A stretch of DNA of 64,000 nt from an uncultured bacterium. Lineage in GTDB: Bacteria; UBP14; UBA6098; B30-G16. The notes beneath the pieces are model-generated. The model did not search any database. It saw nothing but the letters and a program-made list of their open reading frames with translations, and was not told where the DNA came from. The translations under genes were made by a program, and so were the position numbers. The stretch is taken from NCBI GenBank assembly GCA_965552135.1, contig CBEVQY010000001.1:105559-169558 (forward strand), written 5' to 3'. Of the stretch, positions 1 to 8,672 are shown piece by piece; the first letter of the stretch is position 1, and each line of letters begins with the position of its first letter.

Positions 1-258
1 CGCGCCATAATTTACTGTCCGCAGGAGCTCGGCAGGAACGTTGATGAGATCCTGCGCGCCGTAAGGGCTCTTCAGGTATCCGACCGTCACGGCGTTGCGA
101 TGCCCGCGAACTGGCCGCAGAACGAGCTTGTGGGCGAAAACGTCATCATTCCGCCCGCAACGGACGTAGATGCTGCAAAGGAGCGCCTCGAGGCCGCCAA
201 GCGCGGCGAAATCGAGTGCTTCGACTGGTGGCTCTGTCACAAAAAGCTTCAGGGATAA
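1..258 (+). CDS. Peroxiredoxin, C-terminal part (5'-truncated by the window edge)
   Basis: Frame 1 reads [25 protein letters not shown]...AMPANWP...[10 protein letters not shown], with GRN-x-DE and PANW Prx motifs and the archaeal/Prx6-type CxDWWxC tail; TAA at 256-258. Confidence 0.9.
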   Translation, partial: RAIIYCPQELGRNVDEILRAVRALQVSDRHGVAMPANWPQNELVGENVIIPPATDVDAAKERLEAAKRGEIECFDWWLCHKKLQG

Positions 259-271
259 AAAGGGGGGCGCC

Positions 272-655
272 ATGACCGAAAGACTCCAGATGTACAAGTG
301 CGAAATTTGCGGCAACATCGTCGAGGTCCTTCATCCGGGCGCGGGGCAGCTTGCATGCTGCGGACAGCCCATGAAGCTTCTGCAGGAACAAACCGCCGAC
401 TGGAAGACCGAAAAGCACGTGCCCGTGGTTGAGGAGGGCGAAGGCTTCATCACGGTGAAGGTGGGATCTGTGCCCCACCCGATGGAGGAGAGCCACTTCA
501 TCGAGTGGATCGACGTCGTGACCGACCACTGCGTCAGGCGCGTCTTCCTGAAGCCCGGCGACGCGCCCGAGGCAAAGTTCACCGTGTGCGAGGAGTGCAA
601 GGAGATGCTCAAGGTGAGGGAGCACTGCAACGTCCACGGGCTTTGGCGGAGGTGA
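272..655 (+). CDS. dfx: Desulfoferrodoxin (2Fe superoxide reductase)
   Basis: YKCEICGN...CCG desulforedoxin domain plus EKHVP, HPM, HFIEWI and CNVHGLW SOR ligands; ATG at 272 after a purine-rich SD. Confidence 0.95.
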   Translation: MTERLQMYKCEICGNIVEVLHPGAGQLACCGQPMKLLQEQTADWKTEKHVPVVEEGEGFITVKVGSVPHPMEESHFIEWIDVVTDHCVRRVFLKPGDAPEAKFTVCEECKEMLKVREHCNVHGLWRR

Positions 656-1374
656 CGGTGCCTTTGCCGCTTCTTTCGGTTCCAAGCGACGTCGAGGGCA
701 TCTTCGTCAGGCGCTTGAACCGCTTCCTGGCAGCGGTCGCCCTGAACGGCACGACCACGGACGCCCACATCCACGACCCGGGCAGGCTTACGGAGCTGCT
801 TCGCCCGGGAAACAGGGTCCTTCTGCGCAGAGCCACCGCGACGACGCGGAAAACGAAATGGGACATCCTCGCCGCAGGCGCCGACGGGGGTTGGGTCTTC
901 GTGCACTCGGGCTATCACAGGCGCATCGCCGAGCGAATACTTGCCGATCCCGTTCTAAGCCCCTTCGGTGAGGCGTCTTCGGTTCTGGCTGAGGTCCGGC
1001 ACGGTGCAAGCAGGCTCGATTTTCTGCTGCTCCGCCCCGGCGGCGAGCGGCTTTGGATCGAGGTCAAGGGCTGCACCCTGGCAAAAGGCGGCGTCGCCCT
1101 CTTCCCCGATGCCCCAACCGCCCGAGGGCGGAGGCACGTGGAGGAGCTCGCGCGGATCGCCGCATCGGGCGAGGGCGCAGCTGTGCTTGTGCTCGTCTTC
1201 AGAGCCGATGCCTCATGCTTCGCGCCGAACTCGGAAACCGACCCAAAGTTCGCAAAAGCCCTCGCCGCAGCCGTGGAGAAGGGCGTTCTGGTCGTGCCCG
1301 TCAGAATCGGATACGACGGGAAAAACCTGTTCTTTTTGGGCGCAATGCCAAACTGCTTTGAACAAACCGCGTAG
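652..1374 (+). CDS. sfsA: SfsA family DNA/RNA nuclease (sugar fermentation stimulation protein)
   Basis: [31 protein letters not shown] and [16 protein letters not shown] motifs; GTG start overlapping the dfx stop. Confidence 0.93.
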   Translation: MTVPLPLLSVPSDVEGIFVRRLNRFLAAVALNGTTTDAHIHDPGRLTELLRPGNRVLLRRATATTRKTKWDILAAGADGGWVFVHSGYHRRIAERILADPVLSPFGEASSVLAEVRHGASRLDFLLLRPGGERLWIEVKGCTLAKGGVALFPDAPTARGRRHVEELARIAASGEGAAVLVLVFRADASCFAPNSETDPKFAKALAAAVEKGVLVVPVRIGYDGKNLFFLGAMPNCFEQTA

Positions 1375-1394
1375 AACCCAAAAAGGAGGAGGCA

Positions 1395-1592
1395 ATAAGC
1401 TGCGGGAGAGATCACAAGGAGGTGGTGCTTGAGGCTATGCGCAAGGCGGGCAAGCCCGTCCGCCCGGGCGTTATAGCCAAGGCAACAGGACTCGACAGCA
1501 AAGAGGTGTCGAAGCTCATAGCCAAGTTTCGTAAGGAGGGGAAGGTCGTATCGCCCAAATGCTGCTGCTACGCGCCAGCCAAGGATAAGTGA
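1395..1592 (+). CDS. Small winged-helix/HTH protein (not in the ORF track); start uncertain (ATA 1395, GTG 1422/1425 or ATG 1437)
   Basis: Translates ...[58 protein letters not shown], which resembles the short MarR-like wHTH proteins found next to rubrerythrin; SD AGGAGGAGG at 1384-1392. Confidence 0.75.
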   Translation: MSCGRDHKEVVLEAMRKAGKPVRPGVIAKATGLDSKEVSKLIAKFRKEGKVVSPKCCCYAPAKDK

Positions 1593-1605
1593 AAGGAGGA
1601 AAGCT

Positions 1606-2181
1606 ATGAAGAGCATCAAGGGCACGAGGACCGAGAAGAACCTTCTCGCCGCTTTTGCCGGTGAGTCGCAGGCGAGGAACAGATACACCTACTTCGCCTC
1701 GCAGGCGCGCAAGGAGGGTTACATCCAGATATCCCGCATCTTCGAGGAGACCGCCGACAACGAGAAGGAACACGCCAAAAGACTCTTTAAATTCCTCGAG
1801 GGCGGCGAGGTGGAGATAGTCGCTTCTTTCCCGGCGGGGGTGATAGGGAACACTGCCGAGAACCTCAGGGCGGCAGCGGCAGGCGAAAACTACGAGCACA
1901 CAAGGATGTACCCGGAGTTCGCGAGGGTGGCGGAGGAGGAGGGTTTTGCGGAGATCGCAGCGGTCTTCAGAGCCATCGCGGTCGCCGAGAGGCAACACGA
2001 AAAGAGGTTCTTGGGTCTTCTTGCGAACGTCGAAAGCGGCACGGTCTTCAGGAAGGAGAGGTCCGTTCGGTGGAAGTGCGGCAACTGCGGCTACATCCAC
2101 GAGGGGACGGAAGCACCCAAAGAATGCCCTGCATGCGCGCACCCTCAAGCCTACTTCGAGCTTCTGTGCGAAAACTGGTAG
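1606..2181 (+). CDS. rbr: Rubrerythrin
   Basis: [18 protein letters not shown] and ERQHE diiron motifs plus C-terminal CGNCGY...CPACAHP rubredoxin domain. Confidence 0.97.
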   Translation: MKSIKGTRTEKNLLAAFAGESQARNRYTYFASQARKEGYIQISRIFEETADNEKEHAKRLFKFLEGGEVEIVASFPAGVIGNTAENLRAAAAGENYEHTRMYPEFARVAEEEGFAEIAAVFRAIAVAERQHEKRFLGLLANVESGTVFRKERSVRWKCGNCGYIHEGTEAPKECPACAHPQAYFELLCENW

Positions 2182-2190
2182 ACCTAAACA

Positions 2191-2213
2191 GGGGGAGCCC
2201 ACCGGGTTTCCCC
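2191..2213. terminator. GC-rich hairpin between convergent genes, probable terminator
   Basis: GGGGGAGCCC-ACC-GGGTTTCCCC forms a stem that needs G-U pairs on the + strand; no clear U-tract. Confidence 0.5.
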
Positions 2214-2215
2214 TG

Positions 2216-3697
2216 CTAATCCTTCCAGAACCAGTAGAAGAACACGGCGTTAGACGGATCGTATTTTTCGTTTACGGCAGTTCTGCCGCCTTCGCCGTAG
2301 CCGCCTATCGCGTAGATGCCGCCTCCCACGCTTATGACGCACAATCCACGCCGCGCCGTGGGCAGGGGGCTTTCCGAACTCCACGAATCCGTCGACGGGT
2401 CGTAGCAGTAGTTAATGTCCAACGGGTCGCCCTCCGACAAGCCGCCGATGACGTAAATCTTTCCGCCCAATTCAGCAGCGCCCGACTGGGAGCACGGGAC
2501 GGGTAGCGGGGCCTTTACAGTCCAGCTGTCGGTGGTGGGGTCGTACTCCTCGTTGGCGCCGACTTCACCGCTTGCGCTCTCGCCGCCTATTACGTATATC
2601 TTTCCCCCGCACGCGGCGGCAGTCAGGTAGTATCTTGCTGTTGGCGCGCTCGCCCTCGTGGCCCACGAGTCGGATGACGGGTCGTACTCCTCGGTTATGG
2701 CAAGATAGCCCGTGGAACTTGCGCCGCCGAAGACGTAAATCTTCCCTTCCGCTGTGTCGGCGGCTACGCCCAAACGGGCTGTGGGCATCGAGGTCTTCGA
2801 TGTCCAACTGTCCGTTGAGGGATCGTATTCCTCGTTGCGGTTGCTGTAAGAGCCGTCGTCTCCTCCCAGGGCGTATATCTTGCCGCCCACGGCTGCAGCG
2901 GCGAACCTGCAGTTGGGGGAAAGCATGACGCAGGCCGTCGTCCAACTGTTTGTGGCGGGGTCGTAGCATTCATTAGTGCCTACTGTAGTGGTGGTTCTTC
3001 CGCCCATGATGTAGATCTTTCCATCGACGGCTGCATAGCCGAACCAATACCGGGCTGTGGGCATGTTGGCTTTCCTTTCCCAGCCGCCGTAGGCCTGGTA
3101 AAACCCGGCGTAGGTCCAGCCGGGACGCGGCGTGCGATCCTTAAAGGGTTTGAGGACGCCGCTTGGGCAGCAGTCGCCGAGAGCGGTTGAGGATACGGAG
3201 AGGGGGCTGTCCTGCGTTCCTGCACCAGACAGCGTGGAGTCGTGCCGAACGACGTAATAGTCGGCGGTGTCGGAGTAGACCGATCTCATCGAAAAGAGAA
3301 CCGGCACGATCTTCTCCCTCGGGGTGAGCAACTCGTCCTCGGGGTCGGAGAGGTCGCAATCGTCGTTGCCGTCCACCATGAGCTGGACGTAGTACGGGCG
3401 GCCAAATTTGAGGGAATCGCCACCGTTTGCGGAAAGGTCAAGCCTTACGTCGAAATAGCCACTTACTATCCGCACGCAGAGCGTGTCCGCCCAAAGGAGG
3501 TTAGAGTCGGCATCTGTGATGAAGAAACCGAGGAGCCTGCCCGCGCACCCACAGCCCGAATCGGTCGTGTCGGTTATAACGTGGCCATCTGCGTCCGCAA
3601 GCCTCCCCTGATAGGCCATCGTCCGGGGAAGTTGCGCAAAGGCCGAGGTCACGAAAAGCAAAAGAATACTCCCAAACGCGGTTCTTCCGTAAGTCAT
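2216..3697 (-). CDS. Secreted Kelch-repeat (beta-propeller) protein with a conserved N-terminal module
   Basis: Signal peptide MTYGRTAFGSILLLFVTSAFA-Q; six Kelch repeats (GKIYxxGG...YDPxTDSW); N-terminal ~128 aa paralogous to 3717-4568. Confidence 0.88.
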   Translation of the reverse strand: MTYGRTAFGSILLLFVTSAFAQLPRTMAYQGRLADADGHVITDTTDSGCGCAGRLLGFFITDADSNLLWADTLCVRIVSGYFDVRLDLSANGGDSLKFGRPYYVQLMVDGNDDCDLSDPEDELLTPREKIVPVLFSMRSVYSDTADYYVVRHDSTLSGAGTQDSPLSVSSTALGDCCPSGVLKPFKDRTPRPGWTYAGFYQAYGGWERKANMPTARYWFGYAAVDGKIYIMGGRTTTTVGTNECYDPATNSWTTACVMLSPNCRFAAAAVGGKIYALGGDDGSYSNRNEEYDPSTDSWTSKTSMPTARLGVAADTAEGKIYVFGGASSTGYLAITEEYDPSSDSWATRASAPTARYYLTAAACGGKIYVIGGESASGEVGANEEYDPTTDSWTVKAPLPVPCSQSGAAELGGKIYVIGGLSEGDPLDINYCYDPSTDSWSSESPLPTARRGLCVISVGGGIYAIGGYGEGGRTAVNEKYDPSNAVFFYWFWKD

Positions 3698-3716
3698 AAA
3701 TTGAAGACCTCCCTCT

Positions 3717-4568
3717 TCAGTTTTCCAAAACACAGCAACGGTAACGGTGTTTGTAATCTTCTTCGCTGTGGCTGGATAGAGCGTCGCAGCTGTCGCGCCT
3801 GCAGTAATAAGCATCATTTGACGTAGAGCGCATCATGTTTACCCAAAAGTCTTTGCTGCTTTCGTGAGTTGTTCTCGAGTATGCTATGTATTCGAACTGG
3901 TCGCACAGTCTTCCGCCGATTGAGAGGCATCTGTGCACGGCTGCGTGCCAGGTTGTGGCGGGGAAGGGGCTGCTTATGCATTCGTATTGGGCCACCGACA
4001 GCGTGTCGGGCAATGTGTCTACATAGACCTCTGTCCAGGAGATCGTTCCGCCGAACGTGGGGAGATCAGAGCAGGATGAGGGCGCAGATTGGGAGCCTGA
4101 GGGCGCATAATCCGCTGTGTCGGCGTATATCGCTCGGTAGGCGTAGGATACGGGCGCCAGCTTTTCGCGCGGCACAAGTATCTGGTCGGTCGCGTCGTTG
4201 AGGTCGCCGTCGTCGTTGTGGTCCACCATTATCTGTATGTAGTAAGGCAGGTTGAACCTCAACGTGTCGCCGCCGTTTGTGGAAAGATCGAGCTGAACAT
4301 CGAAATATCCGTTCACGATGGGAACGCAAACGGTGTCGGTCCAGAGGGTGTTCGAGTCGGTATCGGATATAAAGAAGCCGAGAACTCTTCCTGCGCAGCC
4401 TGATCCCGAGTCGGTTGTATCCGTTATGGGTGCACCTGAGGCGTCGGCCAGCATCCCCTGGTAGTTCATTATCCGCGGGACCTGCGCGAAGGTCAGCGCG
4501 GTCAAAACCGCCGCCAAGACCCAAAACGTTCCAAGGAGCCACCACGTCTTGATCAAACGCATCGCCAT
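3717..4568 (-). CDS. Secreted protein with the shared N-terminal module and a C-type-lectin-like C-terminal domain
   Basis: Signal peptide ending TFA-Q; C-terminal TWHAAVHRCLSIGGRLC..E...FW...YRCC pattern resembles CLec/FGE-sulfatase-like folds. Confidence 0.75.
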   Translation of the reverse strand: MAMRLIKTWWLLGTFWVLAAVLTALTFAQVPRIMNYQGMLADASGAPITDTTDSGSGCAGRVLGFFISDTDSNTLWTDTVCVPIVNGYFDVQLDLSTNGGDTLRFNLPYYIQIMVDHNDDGDLNDATDQILVPREKLAPVSYAYRAIYADTADYAPSGSQSAPSSCSDLPTFGGTISWTEVYVDTLPDTLSVAQYECISSPFPATTWHAAVHRCLSIGGRLCDQFEYIAYSRTTHESSKDFWVNMMRSTSNDAYYCRRDSCDALSSHSEEDYKHRYRCCVLEN

Positions 4569-4593
4569 CCCCTCCCGTTTTTATGTTTAAGCG

Positions 4594-5427
4594 CTAAGAC
4601 TGTGGCTTGAAGGGGCTTGCCTTCTCCCACATCGCCTCGAAGGCTATGATCAAAAGCTTCACGAGCTGCTTGTTTTGTATCAGTATCACCTTGCAGCTTT
4701 CGAGGTCGCCTTCGTCGTGGATTTCGAGCAGTGCGGCGAAGTCGTCGTATATGGTGAACTCAACATCGACTGTAGGCACGTGGCGGCAGGCTATCCCCTC
4801 TTCCTCTTCTATTTTGCCGATCAGTTCGACGAACTCGGGTACCTCAGCCAACCTCGACTCGCAGATCAGCCTAAACTCGACGGGTGCAGGCTCGAGGGGA
4901 GGAGCTTGGGCTTGGGCTTGATCCTCTATTGCCTGGAGGTCATCGCTCGACACGAAGGGAACCCTGGCAACGACTCTTACGCTTTTCCTCACCCTGCTTC
5001 TTATCCTTGCCATCACGTCGACCACGGTCTTCATGCCTTTGAGGACGACGATATCGCGTCCCAGGTCGAACCCACCGGGGTAGACGTTTCTGTAAAGCTC
5101 CTCCGCTTGCTCCAGGAAAGCCGAGAACTGTTGGGGCAGCTCCTCCCTGAGCTTCTCTATTTCGGAAAGCTTTCTTTGGAAGAGTTCGCTTAAGGCCTTT
5201 CGGGGAGGTAGGGCGGCAAACCTCAAGGGCTTTTTCACTACCTCGGCGACAAGCCCCTTGTCGACCAAACTGCGCAGCACGTTGTAGACCGTGGGTCGGC
5301 TGAGTCCCGATTTCCTCGAGACCTCATCTGCGGTGGCCTCACCAAACGAAAGGAGCGCAACGTACACCTCGGCCTCGTTCCGAGTAAGCCCCAAACGCTC
5401 GAGAAATTCTGCGATCATAGTTGTCAT
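4594..5427 (-). CDS. TrmB-family transcriptional regulator
   Basis: LGLTRNEAEVYVALLSFGEATADEVSRKSGLSRPTVYNVLRSLVDKGLV wHTH followed by a PLD-like effector domain; start at 5427 or 5418. Confidence 0.9.
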   Translation of the reverse strand: MTTMIAEFLERLGLTRNEAEVYVALLSFGEATADEVSRKSGLSRPTVYNVLRSLVDKGLVAEVVKKPLRFAALPPRKALSELFQRKLSEIEKLREELPQQFSAFLEQAEELYRNVYPGGFDLGRDIVVLKGMKTVVDVMARIRSRVRKSVRVVARVPFVSSDDLQAIEDQAQAQAPPLEPAPVEFRLICESRLAEVPEFVELIGKIEEEEGIACRHVPTVDVEFTIYDDFAALLEIHDEGDLESCKVILIQNKQLVKLLIIAFEAMWEKASPFKPQS

Positions 5428-5442
5428 AAAGCCTTTATGATA

Positions 5443-5471
5443 AAAATACCTTTGTAAACAAAGGACGTCAA
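5443..5471 (-). promoter_or_regulatory. Sigma70-type promoter of the trmB-like gene with a palindromic operator in the spacer
   Basis: Minus strand TTGACG (5471-5466), 17 bp, TATTTT (5448-5443); perfect inverted repeat CCTTTGT-AA-ACAAAGG at 5449-5464. Confidence 0.65.
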
Positions 5472-5497
5472 GCATTTTTTACAACAGGTTAACCAAT

Positions 5498-5656
5498 CTA
5501 CTTCGTTGCGCCTTTTCGCGGCGTGAGCACAGTGAGGCGCTTTCTTCCCTTGGCGCGGCGGCGCGCTAAAACCTTCCTTCCGTTTTTGGTGCGCATACGG
5601 GCGCGAAAGCCGTGTTTGCGGCGGCGCCTTAGGTTCTTTATCGTCGTTATCCGCAT
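5498..5656 (-). CDS. rpmH: 50S ribosomal protein L34
   Basis: [37 protein letters not shown] upstream of the ATG at 5656. Confidence 0.93.
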   Translation of the reverse strand: MRITTIKNLRRRRKHGFRARMRTKNGRKVLARRRAKGRKRLTVLTPRKGATK

Positions 5657-5681
5657 GCCAGCACCTCCACCATCGGCGTAG

Positions 5682-5759
5682 AAACTATCCCCGCGGGGGT
5701 GATATGTCAAGTGCAAATGCAAAAAAGTCTTGCCAAAGCGAAAAAGAGTCCCATATAAT
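5682..5759. promoter_or_regulatory. Divergent sigma70-like promoters for rpmH (-) and cmk (+)
   Basis: Minus: TTGACA (5710-5705), 17 bp, TAGTTT (5687-5682). Plus: TTGCCA (5730-5735), 18 bp, TATAAT (5754-5759). Confidence 0.6.
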
Positions 5760-5770
5760 TTCCAACGCCT

Positions 5771-6448
5771 ATGGGGCGGATACGAGTGGCGATAGACGGT
5801 CCTGCGGGAGCAGGCAAAAGCACTGCGGCGAGGATGTTGGCTGAGAGGGTTGGATACAGATACGTCGACACGGGGGCGATGTACCGCGCGCTGACGCTTC
5901 TTGCGCTGAGGGAGGGCATCCCCTGGGACGACGAGGATGCGCTCGTCGAGCTTCTCGACCGCCACCGGATCGACCAGCGCGGCGCGAAAACCTTCGTCGA
6001 CGGCGAGGACGTAAGCAGCCAGATACGTACCAACAAGGTCAGCCGGGCGGTGTCGGTGGTTTGCCGGCACAGGAAGGTCCGGGAGAGGATGGTCGAGCTT
6101 CAGCGCAGGCTCGCCCAAGACGGCGGCGTCGTTATGGACGGAAGAGACATAGGCACCGTTGTGCTTCCTGACGCCGAGCTTAAGATCTTCCTCGTCGCCT
6201 CGGTCGAGGAGCGCGCCAAAAGAAGGCTTAAGGACCTTATCGCGATGGGGAAACCCCTACCCCTCGATGAGGTGATGCAAAACATCATAAACCGCGACAG
6301 ACTCGACAGCACCCGGAAGGTCGCTCCGCTTCGAAAAGCCCCCGACGCCATCGTCATCGACAACTCGAATCTGCCCATAGACGAGGAGATCGAGCTTCTT
6401 GTGAAGCTTTTGAAGGAAAAGGAGGAGGAACACAACGGCAGGCATTGA
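5771..6448 (+). CDS. cmk: Cytidylate kinase
   Basis: [12 protein letters not shown]-loop, DTGAMYR and [10 protein letters not shown] motifs; upstream of rpsA. Confidence 0.97.
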   Translation: MGRIRVAIDGPAGAGKSTAARMLAERVGYRYVDTGAMYRALTLLALREGIPWDDEDALVELLDRHRIDQRGAKTFVDGEDVSSQIRTNKVSRAVSVVCRHRKVRERMVELQRRLAQDGGVVMDGRDIGTVVLPDAELKIFLVASVEERAKRRLKDLIAMGKPLPLDEVMQNIINRDRLDSTRKVAPLRKAPDAIVIDNSNLPIDEEIELLVKLLKEKEEEHNGRH

Positions 6449-6499
6449 CAACAGACGCTCCTGTGGAGCGCTTATCCTACGAAGTAAGGGGGGATTTGC

Positions 6500-8290
6500 A
6501 TGCAGGAGGTAAAACCAAAAGCCGACGATTTTGCGGTGTTGGTTCTTGAGCCCGAAAGGGACGTCGATGAGGGCGAGGTTTTGATCGCCGAAGGCGACGT
6601 TGAGGAGGAGACGTCGCATGTTGAGTTTGAGCAGCTTGAGCGCGACAGGGAGTTCTACACCCGCGGGAGCGCCATCCTCCGGGAAGGGGAGATAGTTAAG
6701 GGCAAGATAGTTGCCGTCCGCGGCGCCGACGTGATGGTCGATATCGGCTTCAAGTCGGAGGGGATCGTTCCCATCGAGGAGTTCGGCGACCAAAAGCCCG
6801 AGCCCGGCCAGGAGATCGAGGTCTTCCTCGAGGCGCTCGAGGACGAAAACGGACAGCTTGTGATATCGAAAAAGCGCGCCGACTTCATAAGGGTGTGGGA
6901 CACCATACGCGAGGCATACGAAACCAAACGACCCCTCAAGGGCAAGATCAAAAAGCGCATAAAGGGCGGCATGGTCGTTGACCTTTTGGGGGTCGATGCC
7001 TTTCTGCCCGGCTCTCAGATAGCGCTGCGACCCGTACCAAACTTCGACGCCCTCGTGGGCGAGGAGATGGAGTTTAGGGTGATAAAGATAAACAAGATGC
7101 GGCGCAACATCGTGGTCTCGCGCAGGATCATCCTCGAGGAGGAGCGCGAAAAGCAGCGACAGGAGCTTCTGCGAACCATCCAGGAAGGACAGATACGCGA
7201 GGGCGTCGTCAAAAACATAACCGACTTCGGCGTGTTCATCGACCTTGGGGGGATGGACGGGCTTCTGCACATAACCGATATGTCGTGGACGAGGATCAAC
7301 CACCCCTCCGAGATGGTGAAGATAGGCGACAGGATAAAGGTCAAGATCCTCAAGTACGACCGCGAGAAGCAGCGCATATCGCTTGGGCTCAAGCAGCTTA
7401 CGCCCTCGCCCTGGGAGAACATCGACCAGCGCTTCCCCATAGGCTCAAGGGTTGTGGGGAAGGTTGTGAGCCTCACCAAGTACGGCGCCTTCGTCCGACT
7501 CGCCGAGGGAATAGAGGGACTCATCCACGTCTCCGAGATGTCGTGGACGAAGCGCATAAACCACCCATCAGAGATCCTCGAGGTTGGTCAAGAAGTCGAG
7601 TGCATGGTCATCGATATCGACAAGGAGAACCACAAGATATCCCTGAGCATAAAGCAGCTCGAGCCTGATCCCTGGCAGGTTGCAGCCCAAAAGTATCCGC
7701 CCGGCACAATTGTCTCGGGAACGGTGCGCAACATAACCACCTTCGGCGTCTTCGTCGAGATATCGGAGGGGATAGAGGGGCTCATCCACATCTCCGACAT
7801 CTCCTGGACCAAGCGCGTCAACCACCCCAGCGAGTTCTTCAAGCGCGGTCAGAAGATAGAGGCTGTCGTGAAGGAGGTCGATCCCGAGAACCACAGGCTT
7901 TCCTTAAGCTACAAGGACCTCGAGCCGAATCCGTGGCCGGAGCTTGGTCGCAAGTACTGCGTTGGCGCCGAAACCGAGGGCAAGATCATCCACATGACCG
8001 ACAGGGGCGTCATCGTTGAGCTTCCCGACGGCGTCGAGGGCTTTGTGCCCGTAACCCAGCTCGGCAAGCGCGTCGACAGACCTCACGAAGCCTTCAACGA
8101 AGGCGATATACTGCCCCTCAAGGTGATCGAATCCGACCCCGACGACCGAAGGATAGTCCTTTCGGTCAACGCGTACTTCGAGAGCCGCGAAAAAGCTGAT
8201 CTTGAGAGGTACCTTGCGGCTCACCCGACCAAGACGGTGCAGCTCAGCGAGATAGCACGCGTGCAGAAAAGGTCTGAGGAAAACAAATAA
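6500..8290 (+). CDS. rpsA: 30S ribosomal protein S1
   Basis: Six S1 domains (DIGFKSEG, AFLPGSQ, DGLLHITDMSW, EGLIHVSEMSW, EGLIHISDISW). Confidence 0.97.
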   Translation: MQEVKPKADDFAVLVLEPERDVDEGEVLIAEGDVEEETSHVEFEQLERDREFYTRGSAILREGEIVKGKIVAVRGADVMVDIGFKSEGIVPIEEFGDQKPEPGQEIEVFLEALEDENGQLVISKKRADFIRVWDTIREAYETKRPLKGKIKKRIKGGMVVDLLGVDAFLPGSQIALRPVPNFDALVGEEMEFRVIKINKMRRNIVVSRRIILEEEREKQRQELLRTIQEGQIREGVVKNITDFGVFIDLGGMDGLLHITDMSWTRINHPSEMVKIGDRIKVKILKYDREKQRISLGLKQLTPSPWENIDQRFPIGSRVVGKVVSLTKYGAFVRLAEGIEGLIHVSEMSWTKRINHPSEILEVGQEVECMVIDIDKENHKISLSIKQLEPDPWQVAAQKYPPGTIVSGTVRNITTFGVFVEISEGIEGLIHISDISWTKRVNHPSEFFKRGQKIEAVVKEVDPENHRLSLSYKDLEPNPWPELGRKYCVGAETEGKIIHMTDRGVIVELPDGVEGFVPVTQLGKRVDRPHEAFNEGDILPLKVIESDPDDRRIVLSVNAYFESREKADLERYLAAHPTKTVQLSEIARVQKRSEENK

Positions 8291-8303
8291 GAGGTGAGGT
8301 GAT

Positions 8304-8636
8304 ATGCCCTACAAGAAGCACAGGACGGTTTTTAAGCGTTTGCGCCAGAACCTTAGGCGCCGCGAGCGGAACAGGATCATCCGCGGCTCCGTGCGAGCTG
8401 TGCTCAGGGCGATAAGGACGCAAAAGACCCTCGACGATGTCCTCGCAAGGCTGGCTTGGAACATAAAGGGCGAGGACCAGATGGACGTGCTTAGGAAAGC
8501 CTGCGCCAGGATGTACTCTGTGGTCGACAAGGCGCTCAAGAAAGGTGTCATCCACAGGAACAAGGCGGCGCGGCACAAGTCACAGATCGCCCGCTGGATG
8601 CAGGATATGTCCCAAAGGCTGGCGCAGCAGCAGTAG
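8304..8636 (+). CDS. rpsT: 30S ribosomal protein S20
   Basis: KRLRQNLRRRERNR N-terminus and VDKALKKGVIHRNKAARHKS signature. Confidence 0.92.
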   Translation: MPYKKHRTVFKRLRQNLRRRERNRIIRGSVRAVLRAIRTQKTLDDVLARLAWNIKGEDQMDVLRKACARMYSVVDKALKKGVIHRNKAARHKSQIARWMQDMSQRLAQQQ

Positions 8637-8672
8637 AGCCTCGCCTTTGGCGCAAAACCGAGGGGGTGGATC

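Noticed and set aside
652..1374. SfsA, YicC or the 60435 nuclease as effectors of the CRISPR array
   Set aside because: SfsA and the 60435 nuclease are far from the array. YicC is a widespread housekeeping RNase whose adjacency to the leader is not evidence by itself.
2216..4568. A complete diversity-generating retroelement
   Set aside because: No reverse transcriptase or adenine-specific TR/VR pair is visible in the window.
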